Source: Escherichia coli (lineage in GTDB: Bacteria; Pseudomonadota; Gammaproteobacteria; Enterobacterales; Enterobacteriaceae). From it: a stretch of 64,000 nt of DNA. The stretch's first letter is position 1. Every line of letters begins with the position of its first letter. The DNA is taken from assembly GCF_001677475.2 (NCBI RefSeq), contig NZ_CP015229.1; one strand, given 5' to 3'. The notes beneath the pieces were generated by a model that was given only the letters and a program-made list of their open reading frames with translations, ran no database searches and was not told the DNA's origin. Position numbers and translations under genes: made by a program. This document shows, in pieces, positions 36,943 through 48,454 of the stretch.

Positions 36943-37281
36943 ATGCAGGCGGGCAGATTACGTGATCGCGTAATTATTCTGAATGTCACCACCGCCCGCT
37001 CTCCGTCAGGGCATCCGGTGGAGACGGTGACGGAGGGAGCTACCGTATGGGCAGAAGTTAAGGGTATCAGCGGGAGGGAGATAATCTCAGGCGGAGCAGA
37101 AACCGCTCAGGCTACGGTCAGAGTCTGGATGAGATTCCGGCGCGATGTGACAGCGACTTCACGTCTGAAAGTGCTGACCGGTGCATTTAAAGGGGCAATT
37201 CTGGGTATAGAAGGTCCACCAATACCGGATGCACGCGCTACCCGGCTTGAAATACTCTGCAGCCTGAAGGGGAATGTGTGA
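36943..37281 (+). CDS. Head closure / head-tail adaptor protein
   Basis: 112 aa; position and size in HK97/lambda-like head-tail joining module. Confidence 0.5.
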   Translation: MQAGRLRDRVIILNVTTARSPSGHPVETVTEGATVWAEVKGISGREIISGGAETAQATVRVWMRFRRDVTATSRLKVLTGAFKGAILGIEGPPIPDARATRLEILCSLKGNV

Positions 37282-37727
37282 TGGATTTCAGTCTTGATTT
37301 TTCAGGTCTGGCGGATATTGCACGGGATCTGGAGACGCTCAGCAGGGCAGAAAACAATAAGGTACTGCGCGATGCCACCCGTGCCGGTGCTGAAGTTATG
37401 CGGGATGCAGTTGCTGAACGTGCGCCGGAGCGAACCGGGAAACTGAAGAAAAATGTGGTTGTTCTCACTCAGCGTTCAAAGCGTCGGGGGGAAATTATCT
37501 CGGGTGTCCACATTCGTGGACGGAACCCGCGAACCGGAAACAGTGATAACAGCATGAAAGCCAGCGATCCCCGAAATGCGTTTTACTGGCGCTTTGTGGA
37601 GCTGGGAACGATAAACATGCCCGCGCATCCGTTCATTCGCCCGGCATTCGACACGACAGAGGAACTGGCAGCACAGATTGCCATACAGCGAATGAATCAG
37701 GCTATTGATGAGGTCTTAAGTAAATGA
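37278..37727 (+). CDS. HK97 gp10-like neck/tail-attachment protein
   Basis: 149 aa; position; conserved ...HPFIRPAFD... segment. Confidence 0.5.
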   Translation: MMDFSLDFSGLADIARDLETLSRAENNKVLRDATRAGAEVMRDAVAERAPERTGKLKKNVVVLTQRSKRRGEIISGVHIRGRNPRTGNSDNSMKASDPRNAFYWRFVELGTINMPAHPFIRPAFDTTEELAAQIAIQRMNQAIDEVLSK

Positions 37728-38068
37728 GGGAGACCGCACTGTATTCCCTGCTGTCTCAACTGGCCGGAGGACAGGTTTATCCTTATGTGGTCCCGCTGAC
37801 GGAGGGAAAGCCTGCGGTATCTCCGCCGTGGCTGGTGTTTTCTGTGGTGTCTGACACGGCGTCTGATGTGCTTGATGGTCAGGCTGAATCAAGAATTACC
37901 GTGCAGATCGATGTCTGGGCAACAGTACCTGATGACGCAGATGATATCCGTGAGCAGGCGCTTGATGCGGTAAGGCAACTTGCACCCTCCGTTATTTCTA
38001 AAACTCAGGGTTATGATCCTGATTCCCGTCTGAGCAGAGCCACGCTTGAATTTCAGGTAATAGCCTGA
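37724..38068 (+). CDS. Tail completion / terminator-like protein (DUF3168-like)
   Basis: 114 aa; position before major tail protein. Confidence 0.45.
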   Translation: MRETALYSLLSQLAGGQVYPYVVPLTEGKPAVSPPWLVFSVVSDTASDVLDGQAESRITVQIDVWATVPDDADDIREQALDAVRQLAPSVISKTQGYDPDSRLSRATLEFQVIA

Positions 38069-38085
38069 GGTCGTTAATGATTTTA

Positions 38086-38110
38086 CCCACCCGCCGCTGG
38101 CGGGTTTTTT
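38086..38110 (+). terminator. Rho-independent attenuator/terminator before major tail gene
   Basis: CCCACCCGCC-GCTG-GCGGGT + TTTTTATTTT. Confidence 0.55.
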
Positions 38111-38127
38111 ATTTTCAGGAGACGAGT

Positions 38128-38832
38128 ATGTCCTCTAATTTTGAGCGTTCGCAACTGACGAAAATTATGATTTCGTCTGCACCGGTAACAGCAGAAACCT
38201 TGGATTCTGCCAGCTATCTTGGCCTGAGCTGTACAATCAAAGAGGTGCAGTTTACCGCAGGACAAAAGCAGGATATTGATGTCACCACGCTGTGTTCTGT
38301 TGAGCAGGAACATATTAACGGCCTTGGTGCCGCGTCAGAGATTTCCATGTCAGGCAACTTTTACCTCAATGCTGCCCAGAACGCGTTGCGCAGTGCCTAT
38401 GACAATGACACCACGTATGGCTTTAAAGTTATTTTTCCGTCAGGCAACGGATTTACCTTTATGGCAGAGGTGCGTCAGCATACCTGGTCTGCAGGAACCA
38501 ATGGTGTTGTGGCTGCAACGTTTTCCCTGCGCCTGAAAGGTAAACCTGTGCTGACGACAGAGCCGCTGAAAGTGAAGGTCGATTTAAACAGCACGCTGCA
38601 GGTTTCTGCCGGAGCAAAACTCGAAATGGTGGTTGAGGCTGCCGGTGGTGTGCCGCCTTATTCTTATGTCTGGAAGAAAGGTGGTTCTCCTGTTTCCGGA
38701 CAGACGGCGGCAACGTTCAGTAAGGCATCAGCAGCATCCGGTGATGCCGGTGCGTATACCTGCGAGATTTCTGATTCAGCAAGCCCTGTTAACAAGGTGA
38801 CCTCCACTTCCTGCACTGTTACCGTCAGTTAA
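38128..38832 (+). CDS. Major tail protein with C-terminal Ig-like domain
   Basis: 234 aa; highly expressed position; C-terminal Ig-like segment (...GGVPPYSYVWKKGGSPVSGQ...AYTCEISD...). Confidence 0.65.
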   Translation: MSSNFERSQLTKIMISSAPVTAETLDSASYLGLSCTIKEVQFTAGQKQDIDVTTLCSVEQEHINGLGAASEISMSGNFYLNAAQNALRSAYDNDTTYGFKVIFPSGNGFTFMAEVRQHTWSAGTNGVVAATFSLRLKGKPVLTTEPLKVKVDLNSTLQVSAGAKLEMVVEAAGGVPPYSYVWKKGGSPVSGQTAATFSKASAASGDAGAYTCEISDSASPVNKVTSTSCTVTVS

Positions 38833-39218
38833 TGAGGATAGATGTGATGACTAAAAATATCCGTAATCTGGCACTGGCAACGATGTCGGGGTTTCGTCAT
38901 AAAACCGTTGATGTGCCTGAATGGGAAGGAGCAACGGTTGTGTTACGGGAACCTTCTGCAGAAGCCTGGTTGCGCTGGCAGGAGATCGTTAAAGCCAGGG
39001 AAGATGATACATCGCCATCCGTTGCAGAGCGTGCCCGCCGAAATCTTGAGGCGGACGTTGAACTGTTCATTGATGTTCTGTGTGATACCGGGCTGCAACC
39101 CGTATTTTCAGAGGATGATCGTGAACAGGTGATTGCCGTGTATGGCCCGGTGCATGCCCGACTTCTTCGCCAGTCTCTGGAACTGATCAGTGGTGCCGGA
39201 GAGGTTAAAAAAAAGTAG
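38832..39218 (+). CDS. Tail assembly chaperone (G-like)
   Basis: 128 aa, immediately upstream of tape measure, ends in A-run slippery site. Confidence 0.6.
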   Translation: MRIDVMTKNIRNLALATMSGFRHKTVDVPEWEGATVVLREPSAEAWLRWQEIVKAREDDTSPSVAERARRNLEADVELFIDVLCDTGLQPVFSEDDREQVIAVYGPVHARLLRQSLELISGAGEVKKK

Positions 39219-39229
39219 CGCTTCCGGGG

Positions 39230-39520
39230 ATGCGTTTTCTGATGATGCTGGCGCTCAGGATGGGGCGCACATTGTCAGAGTTACGCCGGGAAATGTCCGC
39301 ATCAGAAATCATGATGTGGGCAGAATTTGACAGGTTCAGCCCGCTGGGGGACGAACGGGCTGATATCCGGGCTGCCCAGATTGTTTCAGCTGTTTACGGT
39401 GCGCAGGGAGTCAAAGTGCCACTGAATGATGCACTTCTTCAGTGGGAGAAGGAGCAGACAGAAGGTGCCTCAGATCCATTTGCCGGAATGGAAAACGCGC
39501 TTTTAATAGTGTCTCAGTGA
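39230..39520 (+). CDS. Tail assembly chaperone T-like extension (expected G-T -1 frameshift product)
   Basis: ORF in -1 frame overlapping end of G gene; slippery run AAAAAAAAG near 39207..39215. Confidence 0.5.
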   Translation: MRFLMMLALRMGRTLSELRREMSASEIMMWAEFDRFSPLGDERADIRAAQIVSAVYGAQGVKVPLNDALLQWEKEQTEGASDPFAGMENALLIVSQ

Positions 39521-39560
39521 GTCAACATAACCGCTTCGGCGGTTTTTTTTCGTCCGGAGA

Positions 39561-42500
39561 ATGAGTGTGGCGACATTACGTGAACTGATTATTAAAATCT
39601 CGGCAAACTCCCGGTCCTTCCAGTCGGAGATCGCCCGGGCTTCGCGTATGGGGCAGGATTACTACCGCACCATGCAGAACGGAGGCCGACAATCCGCTGC
39701 TGCATCACGTGAAATGCGGCGTGCACTGGCAGAAGTGACGGATCAGATAAATACGGCGAAGTCTTCGGCACTGAATATGGCGGGGGCATTTGCCGGGGCT
39801 TTTGCCACCGGACATCTTATTTCCCTTGCTGATGAGTGGAATTCAGTAAATGCCCGTCTGAAACAGGCTACGCAATCCAGTGATGATTTTCAGGCATCAC
39901 AACGTGAATTAATGGCAATCAGCCAGAGAACGGGGACGGCTTTTTCAGATAACGCCAGTCTTTTTGCCCGCTCTGCTGCTTCCATGCGGGAGTATGGCTA
40001 CAGTTCTGAGGAGGTACTGAAAGTCACCGAGGCGATCTCCACGGGCCTGAAATTATCCGGTGCCAGTACAGCAGAAGCCAGTTCGGTGATCACGCAGTTC
40101 AGCCAGGCACTGGCGCAGGGAGTGCTGCGCGGTGAAGAGTTTAACGCCGTGAATGAGAGCGGTGATCGTGTTATTCGTGCGCTGGCTGCGGGAATGGGCG
40201 TTGCCCGTAAGGATCTGAAGGCTATGGCGGATGATGGAAAGCTGACCGCCGATAAGGTTGTTCCTGCGTTGATTAGTCAGCTTGGGGCGTTGCGTGATGA
40301 ATATGCAGCAATGCCTGATACGGTTTCATCCTCTGCAACCAAAGTTGAAAACGCCTTTATGGCCTGGGTTGGTGGTGCGAACGAGGCAAGCGGAGTGACG
40401 AAGACGCTTTCCGGAGTGCTGAATGGTGTTGCAGGCAATATTGATACCGTTGCAACCGCTGCCGGTGCTCTGGTTGCCGTCGGGGTAGCCCGATATTTGG
40501 GCAATATGGCGTCTTCTGCTGGAGCTGCAACTGCCGGATTAATTACCGCAGCCAGAAACGAAGTGGCTCTTGCGGAAGCGCAGCTCCGGGGAACACAGAT
40601 AGCAACAGCCAGGGCGCGTGCGGCGGTTTATCGTGCGCAACAGGCGGTTGCGGCTACCCGTGGTACTGAAAGGCAGGCAGCCGCAGAAGCGAAACTGGCT
40701 GCTGCCCAGGCGTCACTTACCCGTAATATTGCGGCCAGAACAGCAGCACAGACAACGCTGAATACTGTCACGTCAGTGGGGAGTCGTCTGTTAAGTGGGG
40801 CACTGGGGCTGGTTGGTGGTGTGCCGGGGCTTGTCATGCTGGGGGCTGCGGCCTGGTACACGATGTATCAGAATCAGGAGCAGGCCAGAGAATCTGCACG
40901 CCAGTATGCCGCAACAATCGACGAAATTCGCCAGAAAACGTCGGCAATGTCGCTTACTGAAGCGTCAGATAATGAGGAAAAGACGCGACAGGCACTGAAG
41001 GAGCAGAACAGGTTAATTGACGAGCAGAAAAGTAAGATTAAATCCTTACAGGAAAAAATTGCTGGCTATCAGTATGTGCTGGCAAACCCGGGCTGGACAA
41101 CCGATAACGGTTTTATGATTAACCACATGACGTCGGTAAAAACTGTCACAGAAGGGCTTGCAGAAGCAACAAATCAACTGGCAGTTGAACAGTCTCGCCT
41201 CACTCAAATGCAGGGCAAAGCGCAATCCATTCAGGATGTGCTTGCCGGGCTGGAGGAGCGACGGGTGGCGTTGATCCGTCAACAGGCGGCGGAACAAAAT
41301 AAAGCGTATCAGTCCCTGTTGATCATGAATGGGCAGCATACCGAGTTTAATCGTCTTCTCGGGCTTGGTAATGAGTTACTTCAGCAGCGTCAGGGGCTGG
41401 TGAATGTACCATTACGACTGCCACAGGCCACCCTGGATGATAAACAGCAGAATGCGCTGAATAACAGCGAGCGCGAACTGGCTCTGTCCCGCCTGAAGGG
41501 GGAAGCCCGTGAGCGTGCCCGACTGGGTTATGCTGCGGATGATCTCGGCTTTGTGGGAGAGGCGTATCAGACAGCCAGACAGAATTATATCAATAACTCA
41601 CTGGATGCCTGGCGAAATAACCAGGCAAATAAACCCAAAGCGCATAAAAAGACCGAAGCGGAAAAAACAGAAGATATTTATAAACGGCTGATTAAACAGC
41701 AGAAAGAGCAGATAGCACTGGCAGGGCAGAATACTGAACTGGCTAAGATGAAATATCAGGTCAGTCAGGGCGAATTATCAACCCTGTCAGAAGCGCAGAA
41801 AAAAACGCTTTTGCAGAATGCAGCACTCATCGACCAGAAAAAGATTCGTGAGCAGCTTGCTGCGTATGAGAGCAGTCTGGCGGACAGTAATGCCAGTGCC
41901 CGGGCATCTGACGAAGCGCAGTTGCTGGGATATGGTGAAGGCTCACGGATGCGTGAACGACTCCAGGAAATGTGGAGTATCCGGCAGACGTTTGAGCAGA
42001 AAAATAACGAGCTGCTGAGACAGTATCAGGCCGGAGAAATTGAAGAAGCCCTGTGGAAACAGGAGAAAGAACTGAATAAAAAATATCTGGAAGAGCGTCT
42101 CGGCGATCAGCAGGATTATTATGCAAAGGCTGATGCTTTACGCAGTAACTGGAATGCCGGACTCCAGGAGGGACTGACCAACTGGGCAGACAGTGCCACC
42201 GATTATGCTTCACAGGCGGCAGATGCTGTCGTTTCCACGATGGACGGGCTGGTATCAAATATTTCCGATGCACTGGCCGGAAATGTTGTGGACTGGAGAA
42301 ACTGGGGGAGTTCAATTCTCCAGGAAGTTTCAAAAATTCTGATGAACGCTGCCATCGTTAACGGGCTGAAGTCACTTTCCAAAAGCATGTCCGGTGCCGG
42401 AGGATGGCTTGGTACGGTCGGCGACTGGCTTTCCGGTGCAGTGGCAAACGCAAAAGGTGGTGTTTATACATCGGCAAATCTGAGTGCTTACAGTAACACC

Positions 42501-42806
42501 ATTGTGGATACCCCGACGTATTTTGCTTTTGCGAAAGGTGCCGGGCTGATGGGCGAGGCAGGGCCTGAAGCTATCATGCCACTGACTCGGGCAGCGGACG
42601 GCTCTCTTGGAGTCAGAGCCATTGGCAATGTGAATGGTGGCGGTGGATTTGTTTATTCTCCCGTGTATCACATCAGTATTCAGAATAAAGGGAGCAATGG
42701 CGAGATAGATACGCAGTCAGCCAGGGGGCTGGTGGATCTGATCGACAGCAGGGTTGTGTCAATTATGCAGTCATCACGTCGGGACGGAGGATTATGCAGT
42801 GCCTGA
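39561..42806 (+). CDS. Tail tape measure protein
   Basis: 1081 aa, Ala/Gln-rich coiled-coil, canonical position after G/T. Confidence 0.85.
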   Translation: MSVATLRELIIKISANSRSFQSEIARASRMGQDYYRTMQNGGRQSAAASREMRRALAEVTDQINTAKSSALNMAGAFAGAFATGHLISLADEWNSVNARLKQATQSSDDFQASQRELMAISQRTGTAFSDNASLFARSAASMREYGYSSEEVLKVTEAISTGLKLSGASTAEASSVITQFSQALAQGVLRGEEFNAVNESGDRVIRALAAGMGVARKDLKAMADDGKLTADKVVPALISQLGALRDEYAAMPDTVSSSATKVENAFMAWVGGANEASGVTKTLSGVLNGVAGNIDTVATAAGALVAVGVARYLGNMASSAGAATAGLITAARNEVALAEAQLRGTQIATARARAAVYRAQQAVAATRGTERQAAAEAKLAAAQASLTRNIAARTAAQTTLNTVTSVGSRLLSGALGLVGGVPGLVMLGAAAWYTMYQNQEQARESARQYAATIDEIRQKTSAMSLTEASDNEEKTRQALKEQNRLIDEQKSKIKSLQEKIAGYQYVLANPGWTTDNGFMINHMTSVKTVTEGLAEATNQLAVEQSRLTQMQGKAQSIQDVLAGLEERRVALIRQQAAEQNKAYQSLLIMNGQHTEFNRLLGLGNELLQQRQGLVNVPLRLPQATLDDKQQNALNNSERELALSRLKGEARERARLGYAADDLGFVGEAYQTARQNYINNSLDAWRNNQANKPKAHKKTEAEKTEDIYKRLIKQQKEQIALAGQNTELAKMKYQVSQGELSTLSEAQKKTLLQNAALIDQKKIREQLAAYESSLADSNASARASDEAQLLGYGEGSRMRERLQEMWSIRQTFEQKNNELLRQYQAGEIEEALWKQEKELNKKYLEERLGDQQDYYAKADALRSNWNAGLQEGLTNWADSATDYASQAADAVVSTMDGLVSNISDALAGNVVDWRNWGSSILQEVSKILMNAAIVNGLKSLSKSMSGAGGWLGTVGDWLSGAVANAKGGVYTSANLSAYSNTIVDTPTYFAFAKGAGLMGEAGPEAIMPLTRAADGSLGVRAIGNVNGGGGFVYSPVYHISIQNKGSNGEIDTQSARGLVDLIDSRVVSIMQSSRRDGGLCSA

Positions 42807-43140
42807 GTCTGAAGTTTTTAACTGGATCCCCCGCGAGGGGATGGAGACGACACGAAAGCCATCTGTTATTACGGTAAAGTTCGGTGACGGATATGAACAG
42901 CGACGGGCTGGTGGTCTGAATGCAGATCTGAAAACGTTTAAACCGGTATTTCGTGTCACGGATGAATATTCCCGTGCCGCGCTGGACAGTTTTTTATCCC
43001 GTCATGCCGGGATGCGTGCTTTTTTGTGGCGTCCGCCAAAATATAACAGGACCGTCCGGGTTGTCTGCAGGGAGTGGAGTATTTCGGATAATGCCATGTA
43101 TACCGATTTTAACTGTACCTTTGAAGAGGTCACTCACTGA
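42799..43140 (+). CDS. Minor tail protein M (lambda gpM-like)
   Basis: ...VKFGDGYEQRRAGGLNADLKTF... closely resembles lambda gpM; start approximate. Confidence 0.75.
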   Translation: MPESEVFNWIPREGMETTRKPSVITVKFGDGYEQRRAGGLNADLKTFKPVFRVTDEYSRAALDSFLSRHAGMRAFLWRPPKYNRTVRVVCREWSISDNAMYTDFNCTFEEVTH

Positions 43141-43838
43141 TGCAGGATATACAGCAGGAAACACTCAATGAGTGCACTAAATCGGAGCAATCCGCGCTGG
43201 TCGTGCTCTGGGAAGTCGATCTGACGGAGGTCGGCGGAGATCGTTATTTCTTCTGTAATGAGCAGAACGAAAAAGGTGAACCAGTCACCTGGCAGGGGCG
43301 GCAGTATCAGGCGTACCCCATTCAGGGGAGCGGCTTTGAGATGAACGGTAAGGGCAGCAGCGCACGTCCCACACTTAAGGTATCTAACCTGCACGGCATG
43401 GTCACCGGTATGGCGGAAGACCTGCAGAGTCTGGTCGGCGGAACGGTGGTCAGGCGTAAGGTTTACGCCCGTTTTCTGGATGCGGTGAACTTCGTCAACG
43501 GAAACAGTGACGCCGATCCGGAGCAGGAGGTGATCAGCCGCTGGCGCATCGAGCAGTGCAGCGAACTGAGCGCTGTCAGTGCCTCTTTTGTACTGTCCAC
43601 ACCGACTGAAACGGATGGTGCTGTTTTTCCGGGGCGCATCATGCTGGCTAATACCTGCACCTGGACCTATCGCGGTGATGAGTGCGGTTATAACGGTCCG
43701 GCGGTCGCGGATGAATATGATCAGCCGACGTCCGATATCACGAAGGATAAATGCAGCAAATGCCTGAGTGGCTGTAAGTTTCGCAATAACCTCGGCAACT
43801 TTGGCGGTTACCTTTCCATCAACAAACTTTCGCAGTAA
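43140..43838 (+). CDS. Minor tail protein L (lambda gpL-like)
   Basis: 232 aa; lambda gpL-like, C-terminal Cys cluster; follows M. Confidence 0.8.
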   Translation: MQDIQQETLNECTKSEQSALVVLWEVDLTEVGGDRYFFCNEQNEKGEPVTWQGRQYQAYPIQGSGFEMNGKGSSARPTLKVSNLHGMVTGMAEDLQSLVGGTVVRRKVYARFLDAVNFVNGNSDADPEQEVISRWRIEQCSELSAVSASFVLSTPTETDGAVFPGRIMLANTCTWTYRGDECGYNGPAVADEYDQPTSDITKDKCSKCLSGCKFRNNLGNFGGYLSINKLSQ

Positions 43839-43842
43839 TCCC

Positions 43843-44586
43843 ATGACAGAGACAGAATCAGCGATTCTGGCGCACGCCCGGCGATGTGCGCCAGCGGAGT
43901 CGTGCGGCTTCGTGGTGAGAACGCCGGAAGGGGAAAGATATTTTCCCTGCGTGAATATCTCCGGTGAGCCGGAGGAGTATTTCCGGATGGCTCCGGAGGA
44001 CTGGCTGCGGGCAGAAATGCAGGGTGAGATTATGGCGCTGGTCCACAGCCACCCCGGTGGTCTGCCCTGGCTGAGTGAGGCCGACCGGCGGTTGCAGGTG
44101 CAGGGTGATTTGCCATGGTGGCTGGTCTGCCGGAGAGCGATTCACAAGTTCCGCTGTGTGCCGCATCTTACCGGGCGGCGCTTTGAGCACGGGGTGACGG
44201 ACTGTTACACGCTGTTCCGGGATGCTTACCATCTGGCGGGGATTGAGATGCCGGATTTTCATCGTGAGGATGACTGGTGGCGTCACGGTCAGAATCTCTA
44301 TCTGGATAATCTGGAGGCCACGGGGCTGTATCAGGTGCCGCTGTCAGCGGCGCAGCCGGGCGATGTGCTGCTGTGCTGTTTTGGTTCATCGGTACCGAAT
44401 CATGCAGCCATTTACTGCGGTGATGGCGAGCTGCTGCACCATATTCCTGAACAACTGAGCAAACGAGAGAGGTATACCGACAAATGGCAGCGACGCACAC
44501 ACTCCCTCTGGCGTCACCGGGCATGGCACGCATCTGCCTTTACGGGGATTTACAACGATTTGGCCGCCGCATCGACCTTCGTGTGA
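43843..44586 (+). CDS. Tail assembly protein K (JAB/MPN + NlpC/P60 domains)
   Basis: JAMM motif ALVHSHPGG; NlpC/P60 Cys (GVTDCYTLF) and His; lambda gpK-like. Confidence 0.8.
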   Translation: MTETESAILAHARRCAPAESCGFVVRTPEGERYFPCVNISGEPEEYFRMAPEDWLRAEMQGEIMALVHSHPGGLPWLSEADRRLQVQGDLPWWLVCRRAIHKFRCVPHLTGRRFEHGVTDCYTLFRDAYHLAGIEMPDFHREDDWWRHGQNLYLDNLEATGLYQVPLSAAQPGDVLLCCFGSSVPNHAAIYCGDGELLHHIPEQLSKRERYTDKWQRRTHSLWRHRAWHASAFTGIYNDLAAASTFV

Positions 44587-45131
44587 AAACGGGGGCTGAA
44601 GCCATCCGGGCACTGGCCACGCAGATCCCCGCATTTCGACAGAAACTGAATGAGGGCTGGTATCAGGTGCGCATTGCAGGGCGTGATGCAGGTGAAACCG
44701 AATTATCTGCCCGTCTTAATGAGCCGCTGGCAAATGGTGCCGTGATCCACATCGTACCGCGTCTGGCGGGTGCCAAAAGTGGCGGTATTTTTCAGGCGGT
44801 GCTGGGGGCGGCGCTGATTGCGGTGGCATGGTGGAACCCTGTGGGCTGGCTGGGTGCCGCGGCTGTATCGGGCATGTATGCGGCAGGGGCCAGTATGATC
44901 CTGGGCGGAGTGGCGCAGATGCTGGCACCGAAAGCCAGGACGCCCACGGCAGCAAGTACAGATAACGGCAAACAGAACACCTATTTCTCCTCACTGGATA
45001 ACATGGTTGCCCAGGGCAATGTTCTGCCCGTTCTGTACGGTGAAATGCGCGTGGGGTCGCGGGTGGTCTCTCAGGAGATCAGCACGGCAGACGAAGGGGA
45101 TGGTGGTCAGGTTGTGGTGATTGGTCGCTGA
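44484..45131 (+). CDS. Tail assembly protein I (lambda gpI-like)
   Basis: Position between K and J, C-terminal hydrophobic Gly/Ala-rich segment; start uncertain. Confidence 0.65.
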   Translation: MAATHTLPLASPGMARICLYGDLQRFGRRIDLRVKTGAEAIRALATQIPAFRQKLNEGWYQVRIAGRDAGETELSARLNEPLANGAVIHIVPRLAGAKSGGIFQAVLGAALIAVAWWNPVGWLGAAAVSGMYAAGASMILGGVAQMLAPKARTPTAASTDNGKQNTYFSSLDNMVAQGNVLPVLYGEMRVGSRVVSQEISTADEGDGGQVVVIGR

Positions 45132-45190
45132 TGAAAAACGTTTATGTGAAACCGCCTCCGGGCGGTTTTGTCGTTTATGGAGCGTGAGGA

Positions 45191-48100
45191 ATGGGTAAAG
45201 GCAGCAGTAAGGGGCATACTCCGCGCGAAGCGAAGGACAACCTGAAGTCCACGCAGTTGCTGAGTGTGATCGATGCCATCAGCGAAGGGCCGGTTGAAGG
45301 TCCGGTGGATGGATTAAAAAGCGTGCTGCTGAACAGTACGCCAGTGCTGGACAGTGAGGGGAATACCAATATCTCCGGCGTCACGGTGGTGTTCCGGGCC
45401 GGTGAGCAGGAGCAGACACCGCCGGAGGGATTTGAATCCTCTGGCTCCGAGACGGTGCTGGGTACGGAAGTGAAATACGACACGCCGATCACCCGGACCA
45501 TCACGTCGGCAAACATTGACCGACTGCGTTTTACCTTCGGCGTGCAGGCACTGGTGGAAACCACCTCAAAGGGGGACAGGAATCCGTCGGAAGTCCGCCT
45601 GCTGGTTCAGATCCAGCGTAATGGTGGCTGGGTGACGGAAAAAGACATCACCATTAAGGGCAAAACCACCTCGCAGTATCTGGCCTCGGTGGTGGTGGGT
45701 AACCTGCCGCCGCGCCCGTTCAATATACGGATGCGCAGGATGACGCCGGACAGCACCACAGACCAGCTGCAGAACAAAACGCTCTGGTCGTCATACACCG
45801 AAATCATCGATGTGAAACAGTGCTACCCGAACACGGCACTGGTCGGCGTACAGGTGGATTCGGAGCAGTTCGGCAGCCAGCAGGTGAGCCGTAATTATCA
45901 TCTGCGCGGGCGCATTCTGCAGGTGCCGTCGAACTATAACCCGCAGACGCGGCAATACAGCGGTATCTGGGACGGAACGTTTAAACCGGCATACAGCAAC
46001 AACATGGCCTGGTGTCTGTGGGATATGCTGACCCATCCGCGCTACGGCATGGGGAAACGTCTTGGTGCGGCGGATGTGGACAAATGGGCGCTGTATGTCA
46101 TCGGCCAGCATTGCGATCAGTCGGTGCCGGACGGTTTTGGCGGCACGGAGCCGCGCATCACCTGTAATGCGTACCTGACCACACAGCGCAAGGCGTGGGA
46201 TGTGCTCAGTGATTTCTGCTCTGCGATGCGCTGTATGCCGGTATGGAACGGGCAGACGCTGACGTTCGTGCAGGACCGACCGTCGGATAAGGTGTGGACC
46301 TATAACCGCAGTAATGTGGTGATGCCGGATGATGGTGCGCCGTTCCGCTACAGCTTCAGCGCCCTGAAGGACCGCCATAATGCCGTTGAGGTGAACTGGA
46401 TTGACCCGAATAACGGCTGGGAGACGGCGACAGAGCTTGTGGAGGACACGCAGGCCATTCTCCGTTACGGTCGTAACGTCACGAAGATGGATGCCTTTGG
46501 CTGTACCAGTCGGGGGCAGGCACACCGCGCCGGGCTGTGGCTGATTAAAACAGAACTGCTGGAAACGCAGACCGTGGATTTCAGCGTCGGCGCAGAAGGG
46601 CTTCGCCATGTGCCGGGCGATGTTATTGAAATCTGCGATGATGACTATGCCGGTATCAGCACCGGCGGGCGCGTGCTGGCGGTGAACAGCCAGACCCGGA
46701 CGCTGACGCTCGACCGTGAAATCACGCTGCCATCCGCCGGCACCACGCTGATAAGCCTGGTTGACGGAAGTGGAAATCCGGTCAGCGTGGAGGTTCAGTC
46801 CGTCACCGATGGCGTGAAGGTAAAAGTGAGCCGTGTTCCTGACGGCGTTGCAGAATACAGTGTGTGGGGGCTGAAGTTGCCGACGCTGCGCCAGCGCCTG
46901 TTCCGCTGTGTGAGTATCCGTGAGAATGACGACGGCACGTATGCCATCACCGCCGTGCAGCATGTACCGGAAAAAGAGGCCATCGTGGATAACGGGGCGC
47001 ACTTTGACGGCGACCAGAGCGGCACGGTGAATGGTGTCACGCCGCCCGCGGTGCAGCACCTGACCGCCGAAGTCACCGCAGACAGCGGGGAATATCAGGT
47101 GCTGGCGCGCTGGGACACGCCGAAGGTGGTCAAGGGTGTGAGCTTCCTGCTTCGCCTGACCGTGGCAGCGGATGACGGCAGTGAGCGGCTGGTCAGCACA
47201 GCCCGGACGACGGAAACCACATACCGCTTCAGGCAGCTGGCGCCAGGAAATTACAGTCTGACGGTCCGGGCGGTAAATGCCCGGGGACAGCAGGGGGATC
47301 CGGCGTCGGTATCGTTCCGGATTAACGCCCCGGCAGCGCCTGCCACAATTGAACTGATACCGGGGTATTTTCAGATAACGGCGGTCCCGCGTCTTGCGGT
47401 GTATGACCCGACGGTGCAGTTTGAGTTCTGGTTCTCGGAAAATCAGATTACGGATATCCGGCAGGTTGAAACCACAGCCCGCTATCTCGGTACGGCGATG
47501 TACTGGACAGCTGCCAGTATTAATATCAGGCCGGGCCATGATTATTACTTTTATATCCGCAGTGTGAACATCGTCGGTAAATCAGCGTTTGTGGAAGCTG
47601 TTGGCCAGCCGGTTAATGATGCTGAGGTGTATCTCAATTTTTTTGAAGGGAAAATAAACAGCACCCTGCTGGGACAGGAGCTGAACGATCGTATTAATGC
47701 CTCGGCATTGCGCAGTGAAGTTGAGCAACTGGAGGATGAGATCAATCAGCAGATAGAGAGTGATATTGCTGAAGTGACCCAAAAAATCGGGGAGACAGAA
47801 AACAGCCTCACACAGCTGGTTGCGAAAAAAAATGATGAGCTGTCACTGGGTATATCACAGGTGAGCCAGAGAGTGGATAACGTCAGCAGCGAACTCACGC
47901 AGACGGTCAGTCAGAGTAATGAGGAGAATGCACGCCAGATAGCGCAGGTTCGCCAGTATGTGGATCAAAAAAGCAGTGAAATCATGACGACAACGGACCA
48001 AAAGCTGGGAGATCAGGAGGCCACCATCCAGCAGATACAAAAGGTTCAGACGGACACCAGTAATAACCTGAACAGTATGTGGGCCGTGAAACTGCAGCAG

Positions 48101-48445
48101 ATGCAGGATGGTCGCCTTTATATTGCGGGTATCGGTGCCGGTATTGAGAATACCCCTGACGGTATGCAGAGCCAGGTGCTGCTGGCGGCAGACAGGATTG
48201 CGATGGTTAATCCTGCGAATGGTAATACAACACCCTTGTTTGTGGCTCAGGGGGATCAGCTGTTCCTGAATGAGGTTTTCATGTCCAGGGCGACGATTGA
48301 TTTTGCGGAAATTACGGGGGTTCTTCGTTCTTCGGGATTTGAAGTCAGGGGACAGGGAGGCTGGGATCTGAGCCGGGAACTGAACTGCTTCAGGGTCGAT
48401 GATGAAAACAATGTCATTCGGGTGAGAATGGGCAGGTTACTCTGA
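45191..48445 (+). CDS. Host specificity / central tail fibre protein J
   Basis: 1084 aa; lambda gpJ-like length, position and conserved N-terminal region. Confidence 0.85.
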   Translation: MGKGSSKGHTPREAKDNLKSTQLLSVIDAISEGPVEGPVDGLKSVLLNSTPVLDSEGNTNISGVTVVFRAGEQEQTPPEGFESSGSETVLGTEVKYDTPITRTITSANIDRLRFTFGVQALVETTSKGDRNPSEVRLLVQIQRNGGWVTEKDITIKGKTTSQYLASVVVGNLPPRPFNIRMRRMTPDSTTDQLQNKTLWSSYTEIIDVKQCYPNTALVGVQVDSEQFGSQQVSRNYHLRGRILQVPSNYNPQTRQYSGIWDGTFKPAYSNNMAWCLWDMLTHPRYGMGKRLGAADVDKWALYVIGQHCDQSVPDGFGGTEPRITCNAYLTTQRKAWDVLSDFCSAMRCMPVWNGQTLTFVQDRPSDKVWTYNRSNVVMPDDGAPFRYSFSALKDRHNAVEVNWIDPNNGWETATELVEDTQAILRYGRNVTKMDAFGCTSRGQAHRAGLWLIKTELLETQTVDFSVGAEGLRHVPGDVIEICDDDYAGISTGGRVLAVNSQTRTLTLDREITLPSAGTTLISLVDGSGNPVSVEVQSVTDGVKVKVSRVPDGVAEYSVWGLKLPTLRQRLFRCVSIRENDDGTYAITAVQHVPEKEAIVDNGAHFDGDQSGTVNGVTPPAVQHLTAEVTADSGEYQVLARWDTPKVVKGVSFLLRLTVAADDGSERLVSTARTTETTYRFRQLAPGNYSLTVRAVNARGQQGDPASVSFRINAPAAPATIELIPGYFQITAVPRLAVYDPTVQFEFWFSENQITDIRQVETTARYLGTAMYWTAASINIRPGHDYYFYIRSVNIVGKSAFVEAVGQPVNDAEVYLNFFEGKINSTLLGQELNDRINASALRSEVEQLEDEINQQIESDIAEVTQKIGETENSLTQLVAKKNDELSLGISQVSQRVDNVSSELTQTVSQSNEENARQIAQVRQYVDQKSSEIMTTTDQKLGDQEATIQQIQKVQTDTSNNLNSMWAVKLQQMQDGRLYIAGIGAGIENTPDGMQSQVLLAADRIAMVNPANGNTTPLFVAQGDQLFLNEVFMSRATIDFAEITGVLRSSGFEVRGQGGWDLSRELNCFRVDDENNVIRVRMGRLL

Positions 48446-48454
48446 GGAGCGAAT

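Noticed and set aside
45791-47539. 582-aa minus-strand ORF antisense to the J gene
   Set aside because: Entirely contained in the well-supported J coding region; Arg/Pro/His-rich translation typical of antisense frames in GC-rich genes.
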